Source of the DNA: a virus
Lineage: Duplodnaviria; Caudoviricetes
Virus record (IMG/VR): IMGVR_UViG_3300029288_000092
Span: 55,311 to 119,310 of that record
DNA: 64,000 bases
Reading direction: 5' to 3' (one strand)
The notes under the pieces were generated by a model that was not told the DNA's origin, made no database searches, and was given only the letters and a program-made list of their open reading frames with translations. Of the stretch, positions 1 through 8,769 are shown in pieces. Made by a program: the position numbers and the translations under genes. Positions within the stretch are counted from its first letter, which is position 1, and every line of letters starts with the position of its first letter.

Positions 1-790
1 TGATTATAACATAAATTAATTTAATGACAGCCAATGATGCAGCAGCAAATAAAAAACCAACCAATATAATAATAATATTATATATTGCATGTGCTAATTC
101 AGAATATCCACCCATATATCTAGTCAATGCAGCTTGAGATTCACCAGCACCATCAAATCCTGTTAATTTTTTTCTAGCTGCAATAATCACAGTATCAATC
201 ATTCTAATTGTCCTATATTTATTCGCATGAAGATATGTTTTAACATTGGATCCTGTTTTTTTCCAATTTAAATCTTCAATGGCACCAAAAATTTCACTTG
301 CAAGATATTTAAAATCTCTTCTGGATTCCAATCTCTGTTCCATTGCATCTTTGTATGCTTCAGGAACTTGTCTTAGTGAGAATCTCCATTTTAATGGCCA
401 GCCCTTCCTCATTGGTTCAACACTTTTCATTGGGACTCTAACCTGAATAGGAAAAAATGGAATATAACTTTGTATTCTGGCCAATGTCCTTATAATAAAA
501 TCATTTATTTTTCTTTCAGTTAAAATAACTGTTTTTTCATAAGATGTATATCCACTTCTAACAACATAATTGGATACCTCTTTATATATTTGTTTTTTTG
601 CTTCTTGATCTCCAGATTGTTCTATTAATACATTTTCATTCATAAAATGTTCAAATACAAAATTATCTGATTTTTCTATATGTTTTGCAACATCCACACT
701 TTCCATTAATCCCATATTATTTTCTATATAGTCTTCACGTATACATTCAGCTAAAAAAGAAATCTGTTTATCATTAAAATTAAGTTTCAT
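1..790 (-). CDS. Partial (runs off left edge) putative virion internal/head protein with hydrophobic segment; N-terminus paralogous to 18512..19276
   Basis: Not in the ORF track. Manual translation from ATG at 790 (SD GGAGGA) stays open to base 1: MKLNFNDKQISFLAECIREDYIENNMGLMES...IYNIIIILVGFLFAAASLAVIKLIYVII. Confidence 0.7.
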   Translation of the reverse strand, partial: MKLNFNDKQISFLAECIREDYIENNMGLMESVDVAKHIEKSDNFVFEHFMNENVLIEQSGDQEAKKQIYKEVSNYVVRSGYTSYEKTVILTERKINDFIIRTLARIQSYIPFFPIQVRVPMKSVEPMRKGWPLKWRFSLRQVPEAYKDAMEQRLESRRDFKYLASEIFGAIEDLNWKKTGSNVKTYLHANKYRTIRMIDTVIIAARKKLTGFDGAGESQAALTRYMGGYSELAHAIYNIIIILVGFLFAAASLAVIKLIYVII

Positions 791-813
791 TTATCCTCCG
801 AGTCACAACAGAG

Positions 814-829
814 TTATTTATTTTTGTTC
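814..829 (-). promoter_or_regulatory. Putative phage middle/late promoter motif GAACA-N(2-4)-ATAAA (first copy)
   Basis: Minus strand reads GAACAAAAATAAATAA just upstream of the ORF at 790; similar motif found at about 8 other operon heads. Confidence 0.5.
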
Positions 830-840
830 GTTATATTTGA

Positions 841-873
841 TGTTTTTATAGTAACAGTATCTACATATATAAT
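841..873 (+). promoter_or_regulatory. Putative early promoter TGTTTTTATAG-N10-TACATATATAAT
   Basis: Motif recurs upstream of small plus-strand genes; this copy also fits TTTATA-17-TATAAT and is followed by hairpin GGCATCC/GGATGCC (879-898). Confidence 0.5.
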
Positions 874-928
874 ATCTTGGCATCCGGAAATGGATGCCGT
901 AAATTTTGAAATTAATTGAGGAGGAAAT

Positions 929-1156
929 ATGATTCAAATATTAAAAGAAATCTGTCTGTCAATCTTTATCGTTGCAATAACCTTTGCTGTCGGGGTCTGG
1001 TTTCTAGACCCTACTGGCCGCGAGATTTTGAACAACTGGATGGATAACTATTTCACTACTGGGTCCGAGCATGTGGCTCGGGCACAGGACGAAAGAATAT
1101 TTAAAAATATATATGGGTCTGGAACGACCCAAGAATACGAATGGGAAAATAATTAA
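929..1156 (+). CDS. Small membrane protein (putative early gene)
   Basis: SD GAGGAGG, N-terminal hydrophobic helix. Confidence 0.65.
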   Translation: MIQILKEICLSIFIVAITFAVGVWFLDPTGREILNNWMDNYFTTGSEHVARAQDERIFKNIYGSGTTQEYEWENN

Positions 1157-1166
1157 GGAGGAAAAT

Positions 1167-1361
1167 ATGGAGAAAATCAAGAACTTTCTCAGCGATGCAA
1201 CGATGTTCATCGGACCCGTGGTAGTGTATCACGGGATGTTCACCGCATACCATGGATTACTTCTCACATCTGTGGTAGAAACGACAGCAGGAATTGTCCT
1301 TTGCATGGGTGTTGAAAAGGCACACATGCTATACAAAAGAATGAGAGGAGAAAAATCATGA
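1167..1361 (+). CDS. Small hydrophobic protein (start revised to MEKIKNF)
   Basis: SD AAGGAGGA before ATG 1167; stop overlaps next start. Confidence 0.6.
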   Translation: MEKIKNFLSDATMFIGPVVVYHGMFTAYHGLLLTSVVETTAGIVLCMGVEKAHMLYKRMRGEKS

Positions 1362-1630
1362 GCATGAAAGAAAAATCTCAAAAGCAGTATGAAACTGAAG
1401 AAAGAAAGATGAGAGAAATGACAACAGAAGAACTCCTGGTAATCGCCAGGAGGCAACACTGCAAACATTCAGGATCCTGCCGAGAATCTGATTTGCACGG
1501 AGAGAGGTGCAAAAACCAGTGCGAATTCAGAGAGCCATATGATATTTATTGCCCCCATTGCGGTGCATACTTGGGGAACGGGTATGATCTCGTCCCCGCC
1601 CTGGAGTGTGATTGTGAAGGTGAAGGCTAG
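1358..1630 (+). CDS. Small Cys-rich zinc-ribbon protein
   Basis: CPHCG and other Cys pairs; SD GAGGAG. Confidence 0.65.
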   Translation: MSMKEKSQKQYETEERKMREMTTEELLVIARRQHCKHSGSCRESDLHGERCKNQCEFREPYDIYCPHCGAYLGNGYDLVPALECDCEGEG

Positions 1631-1657
1631 CGAAAGCTAGCCTCTTTCTTTTCTTTA
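1625..1657 (+). terminator. Intrinsic terminator
   Basis: GGCTAGC-GAAA-GCTAGCC followed by T-rich run, between convergent genes. Confidence 0.8.
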
Positions 1658-1960
1658 TTTTTTCAAAGTTATTTCATAAGAACATTGATTAACTATCAAT
1701 GGTTTTTTCAATTTGGCACTATGCTTTTTATATAAATTCATGATATCATTAATATCTTTATAAAACCCTTCTGCTATTTTTTTGTCCCAAAATTTCAATA
1801 TAAGTTTATGTTGTGTATCACCACTCAATTCAAAACAATGTTTATCTTTTTTTGTATATATTTTGCTTATTTTATCAACAGAATATATTTTAAAATCAAC
1901 TAAAGAATTGACCTTTAGGTCTATAATAGATCTTCCTTTAGCTTTCGAATTAATCATCAA
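1655..1960 (-). CDS. Hypothetical protein
   Basis: 101-aa ORF in minus-strand operon. Confidence 0.55.
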   Translation of the reverse strand: MMINSKAKGRSIIDLKVNSLVDFKIYSVDKISKIYTKKDKHCFELSGDTQHKLILKFWDKKIAEGFYKDINDIMNLYKKHSAKLKKPLIVNQCSYEITLKK

Positions 1961-2120
1961 TCACATCCTTAAGTTTACAATTTAGACATTCTTCTACGGG
2001 GACAATTTTTTCCTCTGTATGATATGTGCATACAATATATTCATATTCTTCTTCATCTATACTCATAGTTTTGATATTCAATTTACTCTTAAATATTTTA
2101 CAAAATTTACAAACACCCAT
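1950..2120 (-). CDS. Small Cys-containing protein, 56 aa (MGVCKFCKIF...CTYH...CLNCKLKDVIDD)
   Basis: Below ORF-track cutoff; SD AAGGGGGAG; two CxxC pairs; overlaps next gene. Confidence 0.55.
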   Translation of the reverse strand: MGVCKFCKIFKSKLNIKTMSIDEEEYEYIVCTYHTEEKIVPVEECLNCKLKDVIDD

Positions 2121-2207
2121 GACATACTCCCCCTTATCTACAATATTCTTCTAGCCCTTTGGGTTTGAAAAGTATATCCTTTGTGTTTGTTCTCCATGTT
2201 TTTGAAA

Positions 2208-2233
2208 GAGGAGAATCTATTTAGATTCTCCTC
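2208..2233 (-). terminator. Intrinsic terminator after Hc1-like gene
   Basis: GAGGAGAATCTA-TT-TAGATTCTCCTC perfect 12-bp stem. Confidence 0.65.
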
Positions 2234-2243
2234 TCCAATAACG

Positions 2244-2459
2244 TTATTCAGCTTTCTTTCTTTTTTGAATAGTTTTACATTCGGCGACACTTTCTTTTCT
2301 ATATTTAGCCAGAAGTTTTCCAACTTTACTGGAAACTTTCCTAGCCTTAGCAGCAGCTGATTTGTTTTTCTTTTCTACAAATTTTTCATTTGCATTCTTA
2401 AACTCTTCCCACGATGCGAAAAGTTCGGCTAACAGTTCAGTCATTTTATAGTCCTCCAT
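2244..2459 (-). CDS. Histone H1-like (Hc1-family) small basic protein
   Basis: EKKNKSAAAKARKVSSKVGKLLAKYRKES resembles the Hc1 core (GNKAAGTRARKASLEL...FRK); true start may be MTELL at 2444. Confidence 0.7.
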   Translation of the reverse strand: MEDYKMTELLAELFASWEEFKNANEKFVEKKNKSAAAKARKVSSKVGKLLAKYRKESVAECKTIQKRKKAE

Positions 2460-2483
2460 TTTTTAATTATATTTTAAAAATCG

Positions 2484-3059
2484 TCAACCTCTATCTTCTG
2501 AAATTGAACACTGATTAATCAAAAGTTCTTTCTTATCTTTTAAATCGTTGATATATTCAATAATATTACAAATATTAATTGGTTTATAATTTAATTGTTC
2601 CACTGACACATTGAACCATACCATATCCTTTTCTTTTTTAATAAAGTAATAATTATTATGTATATGCCCATGGATATTGACTTTTATATCGTTATCCACA
2701 AGAATGTTTGAATTTAATGGGACATGACTCAATGCTATTTTCACATCATCAACATTTATAATATAAAATTTGTTTTTTATTAATTCAATATTTAAATTGT
2801 TTTTAAACCAACTAACACCGGATCTTTCATGATTGCCTTTTATTAATATAATATTTCCGGTTATAAATTCTTTTAAATAATTTATTTTGTGATCTATTTT
2901 TCCAAACATAAAATCACCAAGGTGATATACAGTATCATCATTCTTAATAATATTTTTCCAATTATTTAAAATTCTATCTTGCCAATCATCCGGCCTATCA
3001 CAATATTGTTTAATTTTTTCATGAAAAAAATGTGTATCTGAAATTAACCAAGTGTTCAA
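2484..3059 (-). CDS. Calcineurin-like metallophosphoesterase
   Basis: SDTH, HLGD, GNHE, SH and HGHIH motifs. Confidence 0.9.
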   Translation of the reverse strand: MNTWLISDTHFFHEKIKQYCDRPDDWQDRILNNWKNIIKNDDTVYHLGDFMFGKIDHKINYLKEFITGNIILIKGNHERSGVSWFKNNLNIELIKNKFYIINVDDVKIALSHVPLNSNILVDNDIKVNIHGHIHNNYYFIKKEKDMVWFNVSVEQLNYKPINICNIIEYINDLKDKKELLINQCSISEDRG

Positions 3060-3076
3060 AATTCAAATATCCTCGC

Positions 3077-3562
3077 TTATTCTACGATTTCTCCATCTGC
3101 AACTTCGGGAGTTATATTAAGGCTCTCAGAAATAATACCACATTCTTCTGCTTCAACAGTTTCTATTTTTGTTACTTCTTCCTTTACATCTTCAACTGCT
3201 ACTTCTTCTTCTGGTTTCTGTTCTTGATATATTGGAATTAGAAGATTTTCTTTTTCTCCAAGTTTCTTGACAAAATGATATTGTTTTCCTTCGATTTCAT
3301 ATCTAAGTTTAGACGCTACAAAAACAGATGATAATTCTCTCATGATACTAACCTTGTATGCATTTGCAAGATTTTTAATATGTTCCGTGACATCATCATC
3401 CTTTAATAAAACGATAAAATCAATTAGTGCATATCCTTCATTTTTTTCATCCATTCGATAAGTAACTTTAGCTTTTACAATGGGATGTTTATCACCCTCG
3501 TTTTCACTTTCAGACATAGCAACCATTGCAATTCCGGGTTCATCAATAAAACCAATAAGCAT
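3077..3562 (-). CDS. Hypothetical protein with acidic C-terminus
   Basis: SD GGAGGT, 161 aa. Confidence 0.7.
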   Translation of the reverse strand: MLIGFIDEPGIAMVAMSESENEGDKHPIVKAKVTYRMDEKNEGYALIDFIVLLKDDDVTEHIKNLANAYKVSIMRELSSVFVASKLRYEIEGKQYHFVKKLGEKENLLIPIYQEQKPEEEVAVEDVKEEVTKIETVEAEECGIISESLNITPEVADGEIVE

Positions 3563-3730
3563 TTCATAACCTCCATTTTTAATTAATTATGGTTTCCCAT
3601 TTTTATTTTGTTTATCTTTTGACAAACATCAAAAAAACATATGTTTTTTAATTATTATTTACTACATATATAAATTAAATGTGTATATTTCTTTTTTCAA
3701 AAACAAAAAAAAGAATGAGAGGGGGCCATC

Positions 3731-4231
3731 ATGATCAACGTGTATTTCTTTTCTCTCGGTATGAAAATTGGAGTTCCAGTATGGGGATATCTTACATATC
3801 GTGGGTATGAAAGATACCACCCAACCCACATAAGACTGGCAAAAGAAAAAATCAAAAATATTAAACCCTATGTCATACAATTAGGAAATAAGATGAAAAA
3901 TCGATGGAAAAAATATATCGGCAGTTTCAACAAGAACAGCAAAATCACATTTTTACTAAACACTGATGACGACAGGTTTACTTGTGAAATTGTCGGGGAC
4001 ATATTCATATGCAATATCAATAAGAACAATGAAATTGACACATCAGAATTGAAATACACTTGTCTTCTTCCAACGGAAGAAAAGTATGATAAACTGGTGT
4101 GGAACTTCGAAGCAATAAGAGACAGCATACATTTTGCTTTGGAGATGGTTTGTGATATTGATAAAGCATATGAGGTTATAAATGAAATGGGAAATACGAT
4201 GAGAGAGGAGTTGAAAGTGTGGAAAGGTTAA
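3731..4231 (+). CDS. Hypothetical protein (putative early gene)
   Basis: SD GAGGGGG; TACATATAT motif at ~3663. Confidence 0.65.
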   Translation: MINVYFFSLGMKIGVPVWGYLTYRGYERYHPTHIRLAKEKIKNIKPYVIQLGNKMKNRWKKYIGSFNKNSKITFLLNTDDDRFTCEIVGDIFICNINKNNEIDTSELKYTCLLPTEEKYDKLVWNFEAIRDSIHFALEMVCDIDKAYEVINEMGNTMREELKVWKG

Positions 4232-4584
4232 AGGTAAAGTTATGCCTGATGCATATACAAAATATATGCAATCAGGTTTCTAAAAATTATGGAATTCCAA
4301 ACTTAGTAATAAAAGACGCTAAGTTTGAATTCTTTAATATTTTAAATAAAATATACATAAGAAGTTTATTAATTCAAGTCATAACTGATCGTGCGTTCAG
4401 CACTGTCAAATATGAAAACGAATTAAAAAAACTTTTTAAAGGTAGGTTATTTGTAGATATTCATTTTGATATCCGTCCGAGAAGGGATGTAATCAAAATT
4501 GGACATGAAACAAAAACCTACTATTTTAGTTTTTTAAAAAGTAGGAATTTTCTAAGTGTTCCTATCTTAGAAAAAATTAAATAG
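4219..4584 (+). CDS. Hypothetical protein
   Basis: Overlaps previous stop; SD GAGGAG. Confidence 0.55.
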   Translation: MERLKVKLCLMHIQNICNQVSKNYGIPNLVIKDAKFEFFNILNKIYIRSLLIQVITDRAFSTVKYENELKKLFKGRLFVDIHFDIRPRRDVIKIGHETKTYYFSFLKSRNFLSVPILEKIK

Positions 4585-4611
4585 GTGTGGGGTCGCCACA
4601 CCTATTTTTTT
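4579..4611. terminator. Bidirectional intrinsic terminator
   Basis: AAATAGGTGTGG-GGTCG-CCACACCTATTT plus T tract, between convergent genes. Confidence 0.8.
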
Positions 4612-4614
4612 GAT

Positions 4615-7600
4615 TTAAATATCAAGTTCTTCCAACCCAACAATTCTCATGTAATCCTCTGTTAATTCTAATGCTGGATTTATTTTTCTTTGCTCTGGTA
4701 AATTAGCATGCCCACTTATTAATATATCGGACAACATTTTTCTTTTCAATGCCATATCATCACTTGCTGGACCAAACAGTTCTCTTATAATTTTATTTGC
4801 ACCATATGCAGATAATACCCAGCTGTCCAGTTCTCCAACAGTTTGACCTTTCTCTTTATTTGCAGCAGACGGTTGTTTTGTTTTCTGCGAATATGAACCT
4901 ATAGATCTGACTGTTAATTTTTTTTCTGCCATATGTTCCAGTTTATGAATAAACATATATCCAACCGGAACTTCTCCATTTGTTTTCATATCATATTCTG
5001 GAAGGAACAATTTATATTTTGTTTTCAATCCAAGAATTTTCATTGCTTCCATTATATCTCTGACTTTTGGTGCATCAAATGGTGGAACTATTATTGGAAA
5101 GAATCTTTCATTCCTCATTTCTTGAAATTCTATTTCTGACATGCCGATTAAAGATGCCATCATTTCTTTTCTTATTCTCTTGTCAGCAGTATTATCAAGA
5201 TGAGCCATGACTTTGAATAATAATTTTGTAAAAGCGGACTTGCTAAGATTCTTTGCTTCATCTGATAATTTTTTTGATATTAACCCACAATAAACTTCAA
5301 AAACTTGTCCCATGTTAATACGACTATAAATACCAAATGGGTTTAGAATAATATCTATTTTCTCTCCCCATGGTGTTACTGGCATTTTATCATCATCTTC
5401 CATAAGAGTAATAACACCTTTATTTCCATATCTATTTGAAAGTTTATCTCCGTCCTTAATATCTTTTTCTGTTTCCACATAAACTTTTATAAGTGTTCCA
5501 TCAATTTTCTCACCACGAATAGTATATTGTCCTACCCTTTTTGGATCACCAAATTTATCAACCAATTTTGTCATTGTCGGATTTATACTCTTGTGATTAC
5601 AGTATAATTCAACAGAATAAATTATTCCCTTATTGGATTTCAATGTTATTGTTTTTTCAGTGGTGATATCTAAATCTCCAAAATCTTCCATCTCACCAAG
5701 CAATGGAACTATATTTTCTGGAACAAATTCAACAAGCACATGTCTATCTTCTATGTGTTTATCAATATCAATATCAAAATTGACCAATTCATCTTTCTGG
5801 GACAAAAATATTTCAAATACCATTGAGTGTCTACTTGTCAACGCTTTTTCACTATACAACCCTTTTCTTATAACAACTCCATCTTCAAAATTAGAACCCT
5901 TCCATTGCATAAAAGCACATAACAAATTTCTTCCAAGTGCAAGCTGACCATTTTTAAATAAATGATTAGATACTATAACCTGCCCAGATTTAACCTTATC
6001 TCCAAGTGCAACATCAGATTTTAATTCACTAACGCTATGAAAACTTTGTCCACTTCTAAGAACAACTCTTCCTATTTCAATTTCTTCTGTTTCCCCATTC
6101 TTATATTGAACCTTTATACTATTCTCATTTATCTCCACTATCTTGCCATCATCTTGAGCAGTGACTATAAATTCACCAGAACTATAATTTGCTATTAAAG
6201 ATTCATATCCAGTCTGGACTGCAGGAACTTCATTATTTATAATCGGAAGAGATTGTTTCATCTGATTGGAAGCCATAATACATCTTGTTGGCTCATTGTT
6301 TTCTATAAATGGAATAAGAGATGTCGTCGGACTTAACATTCCAGTTTTTAAATTATCATCTATTTTTTTTATTACTAAATGTCCATATTTTGTTCTATAG
6401 TTTGCAGAATTTGTCAGCTGTTGAACCATACCAATTGCATCTGACTGTGGAGTATCAATTGGATCTATATTCCCAAAATATGTGGGGTGAACTCCTCTCA
6501 TTTCAAGCAATTCAGCATTAGCATCTATTCCACCAACTCCTCTGTATGTTACGCGAGTTATTGATGAGATTTGCTCCAGGGGATTAACATATTCCGCAGT
6601 CTGTGTCAATGATGATGTTAAAATGTCAGTCATGATTTTATTCTGATCAATTTCAAGTTTAACCGATTTATTCCTTAATTTTGTTTCCCCATTATATCTG
6701 GAATATGCCAAATCAAAAACATTCTTAATAGCCATTGGAATAATTTCAGTACTTCTAACACGCATTTTACTGATATCATTTCTTGCTTGGAAATATCCTT
6801 CAATTAATTTTGGGATAACATATTTATAAATATCAATAATATTTGTTGGTTCATTATTTGACAAAAGAATTTCCTTTGTTTGTTTATCAATAATATTTGC
6901 ATGGACGGTTTGAATATTATATTTTGCATTCTTATTTCCAGTCAAAGCGGAAATGACATTATTCCATAAATACTTTCCATCTGAGAATTTGGAAGTATAA
7001 TCCTTTAAACGTTTGAAATCATTTTTTAATACTTCCCATTCTGGTTTATTAAATATGATATTAATCGTAGTATCTTTTGTTTTTAATTTAACTAATGAAT
7101 TCTCGACATTATCTCGCGTTATCTGAATCCCAAAAACTTTATATAATCCTTCTTCACCGAATGCAGCTAAAAACCCAAGGATAAATGGCATTTTCATTCC
7201 AGAACAAAACATACTAAAATATGGCTCTTTAAATGTTTTAAATTCTATCCTTATAGGAGCATATATTGAATGAATATAAACTGTGTGCGGCTTTGGAAAA
7301 TAAATTGGATTAGCAACCAATTGATTGATCAAAACCTTTTTCATTCCATTAACATATATATAATTATTTTCAATAATGGCCGGAACTTTAAATTTGACAA
7401 TCTGCAACTGACCATTTGCCAATTTTAATTTTGCAGTATACTGGACAAAAACACTTTTAAAAACTTCAGTTGGCGCACTGGTAATAACCTCTTTCTTTAT
7501 ATCCATCAGTTTAACCGGGATATCATTATCCTTATATGAATTTAAAATTTCAGTTATATATTCATCCTGAAGTTGCGTCACTTCATTTATTCTTTTAACC

Positions 7601-8751
7601 ATCACGTTATTTAATAACTGATTATTGTGTATTTTTTTAATATCCATATTTTTGACAAGTGGATGCTTGGATCTATTTTTTATATCCATAGATGGCAATA
7701 TAAATTCTTTTGTTTTTTCTATAACTTTCTTAGCTCCATGTTTAGAAATAGCTTTTTTATTTGTAGAATCATCAGTATTGAAAACATGCTTCAACACTTC
7801 AGCAGCTAATTCTTCATCAGTCTCAATATGTTTAAATTCTTCTTTTGTTTTACCACTTGTAATATTTGATCTGATAACTTCTTTTGCGGTGGAAATATCC
7901 AATTTATCATCTTTTCTAAAATTTTCATTACTCTTATTAACATTCCCATCTGTTTTTGATGTTTCTGCTTTAACTTCAATTTCACTTGTAGTTGGTGTCA
8001 TTTCTGTTTCTTTCTGATCTGGCAACTCTTTGTTAACTTCCTCAGCTGGTTTTTCAGCAGCAATTTCTTCTTCAAATTTCATGTTTCTTAAATATGCCAT
8101 TAATTTTCCAAGATTAAATCTTTTGTCACCTTTCCTATAAATCATTCTATATGTGACCGTATCATATTCTTCATTAAGCAAAAACATATCATCAAAATAA
8201 TTTGATCCCATTTGAATTTGTTTTAATAAAGGATATATTCTCCGTTTAAAAATATTTTTATCAAATGGCAATTTATTATTGAAATGATAAAAGATAGTAA
8301 CTTTATATCCTTGATTTTTAAATTCTTTTGCAAAATCATTTAGAATATTGCTCAGCATCATAAATGGAACTTTCTGCCTCAGATCAGGATATTTATTTTG
8401 CAATATTTCCATCCATGGATTAAAATCGAAATAAAACGGTCTGTTCAATCCTAATATTTTTTCCTTTGTCATAAATGGAAATAATTTATATGCTGCCCTA
8501 ATATTTTGTAAATCACTGCCTTTTGGAAACATTCTTATAAATTTATATACAAATCTTGGTAATAATAAATTTCTTACGAACATTACCGGAATATTTATTT
8601 TTGGAAATACATCCAAAAATGATTTGTTATTTTCAGATATATATATTATCGCAATCTTATCTCTTGGTGTGATATAAACCTTTTTATCTGTTGTAGAGAA
8701 CAACATAAATTGATTTGGTTTTTTTGCTTCCAATAATAAATCATTTGACAT
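4615..8751 (-). CDS. rpoB: Phage multisubunit DNA-directed RNA polymerase beta subunit, with ~450-aa N-terminal extension
   Basis: YVNGMKKVLINQL, GRNLLCAF..WKGSNFEDG, GDKLSNRYGNKGVI, DIILNPFGIYSRINMGQ, KLEHMAEKK..VRSIGSYS, GQTVGELD. Confidence 0.95.
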   Translation of the reverse strand: MSNDLLLEAKKPNQFMLFSTTDKKVYITPRDKIAIIYISENNKSFLDVFPKINIPVMFVRNLLLPRFVYKFIRMFPKGSDLQNIRAAYKLFPFMTKEKILGLNRPFYFDFNPWMEILQNKYPDLRQKVPFMMLSNILNDFAKEFKNQGYKVTIFYHFNNKLPFDKNIFKRRIYPLLKQIQMGSNYFDDMFLLNEEYDTVTYRMIYRKGDKRFNLGKLMAYLRNMKFEEEIAAEKPAEEVNKELPDQKETEMTPTTSEIEVKAETSKTDGNVNKSNENFRKDDKLDISTAKEVIRSNITSGKTKEEFKHIETDEELAAEVLKHVFNTDDSTNKKAISKHGAKKVIEKTKEFILPSMDIKNRSKHPLVKNMDIKKIHNNQLLNNVMVKRINEVTQLQDEYITEILNSYKDNDIPVKLMDIKKEVITSAPTEVFKSVFVQYTAKLKLANGQLQIVKFKVPAIIENNYIYVNGMKKVLINQLVANPIYFPKPHTVYIHSIYAPIRIEFKTFKEPYFSMFCSGMKMPFILGFLAAFGEEGLYKVFGIQITRDNVENSLVKLKTKDTTINIIFNKPEWEVLKNDFKRLKDYTSKFSDGKYLWNNVISALTGNKNAKYNIQTVHANIIDKQTKEILLSNNEPTNIIDIYKYVIPKLIEGYFQARNDISKMRVRSTEIIPMAIKNVFDLAYSRYNGETKLRNKSVKLEIDQNKIMTDILTSSLTQTAEYVNPLEQISSITRVTYRGVGGIDANAELLEMRGVHPTYFGNIDPIDTPQSDAIGMVQQLTNSANYRTKYGHLVIKKIDDNLKTGMLSPTTSLIPFIENNEPTRCIMASNQMKQSLPIINNEVPAVQTGYESLIANYSSGEFIVTAQDDGKIVEINENSIKVQYKNGETEEIEIGRVVLRSGQSFHSVSELKSDVALGDKVKSGQVIVSNHLFKNGQLALGRNLLCAFMQWKGSNFEDGVVIRKGLYSEKALTSRHSMVFEIFLSQKDELVNFDIDIDKHIEDRHVLVEFVPENIVPLLGEMEDFGDLDITTEKTITLKSNKGIIYSVELYCNHKSINPTMTKLVDKFGDPKRVGQYTIRGEKIDGTLIKVYVETEKDIKDGDKLSNRYGNKGVITLMEDDDKMPVTPWGEKIDIILNPFGIYSRINMGQVFEVYCGLISKKLSDEAKNLSKSAFTKLLFKVMAHLDNTADKRIRKEMMASLIGMSEIEFQEMRNERFFPIIVPPFDAPKVRDIMEAMKILGLKTKYKLFLPEYDMKTNGEVPVGYMFIHKLEHMAEKKLTVRSIGSYSQKTKQPSAANKEKGQTVGELDSWVLSAYGANKIIRELFGPASDDMALKRKMLSDILISGHANLPEQRKINPALELTEDYMRIVGLEELDI

Positions 8752-8769
8752 TTTAAATCACCCCTATTT

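Noticed and set aside
2138-2323. 61-aa minus-strand ORF
   Set aside because: Overlaps the Hc1-like gene out of frame and runs through its terminator hairpin.
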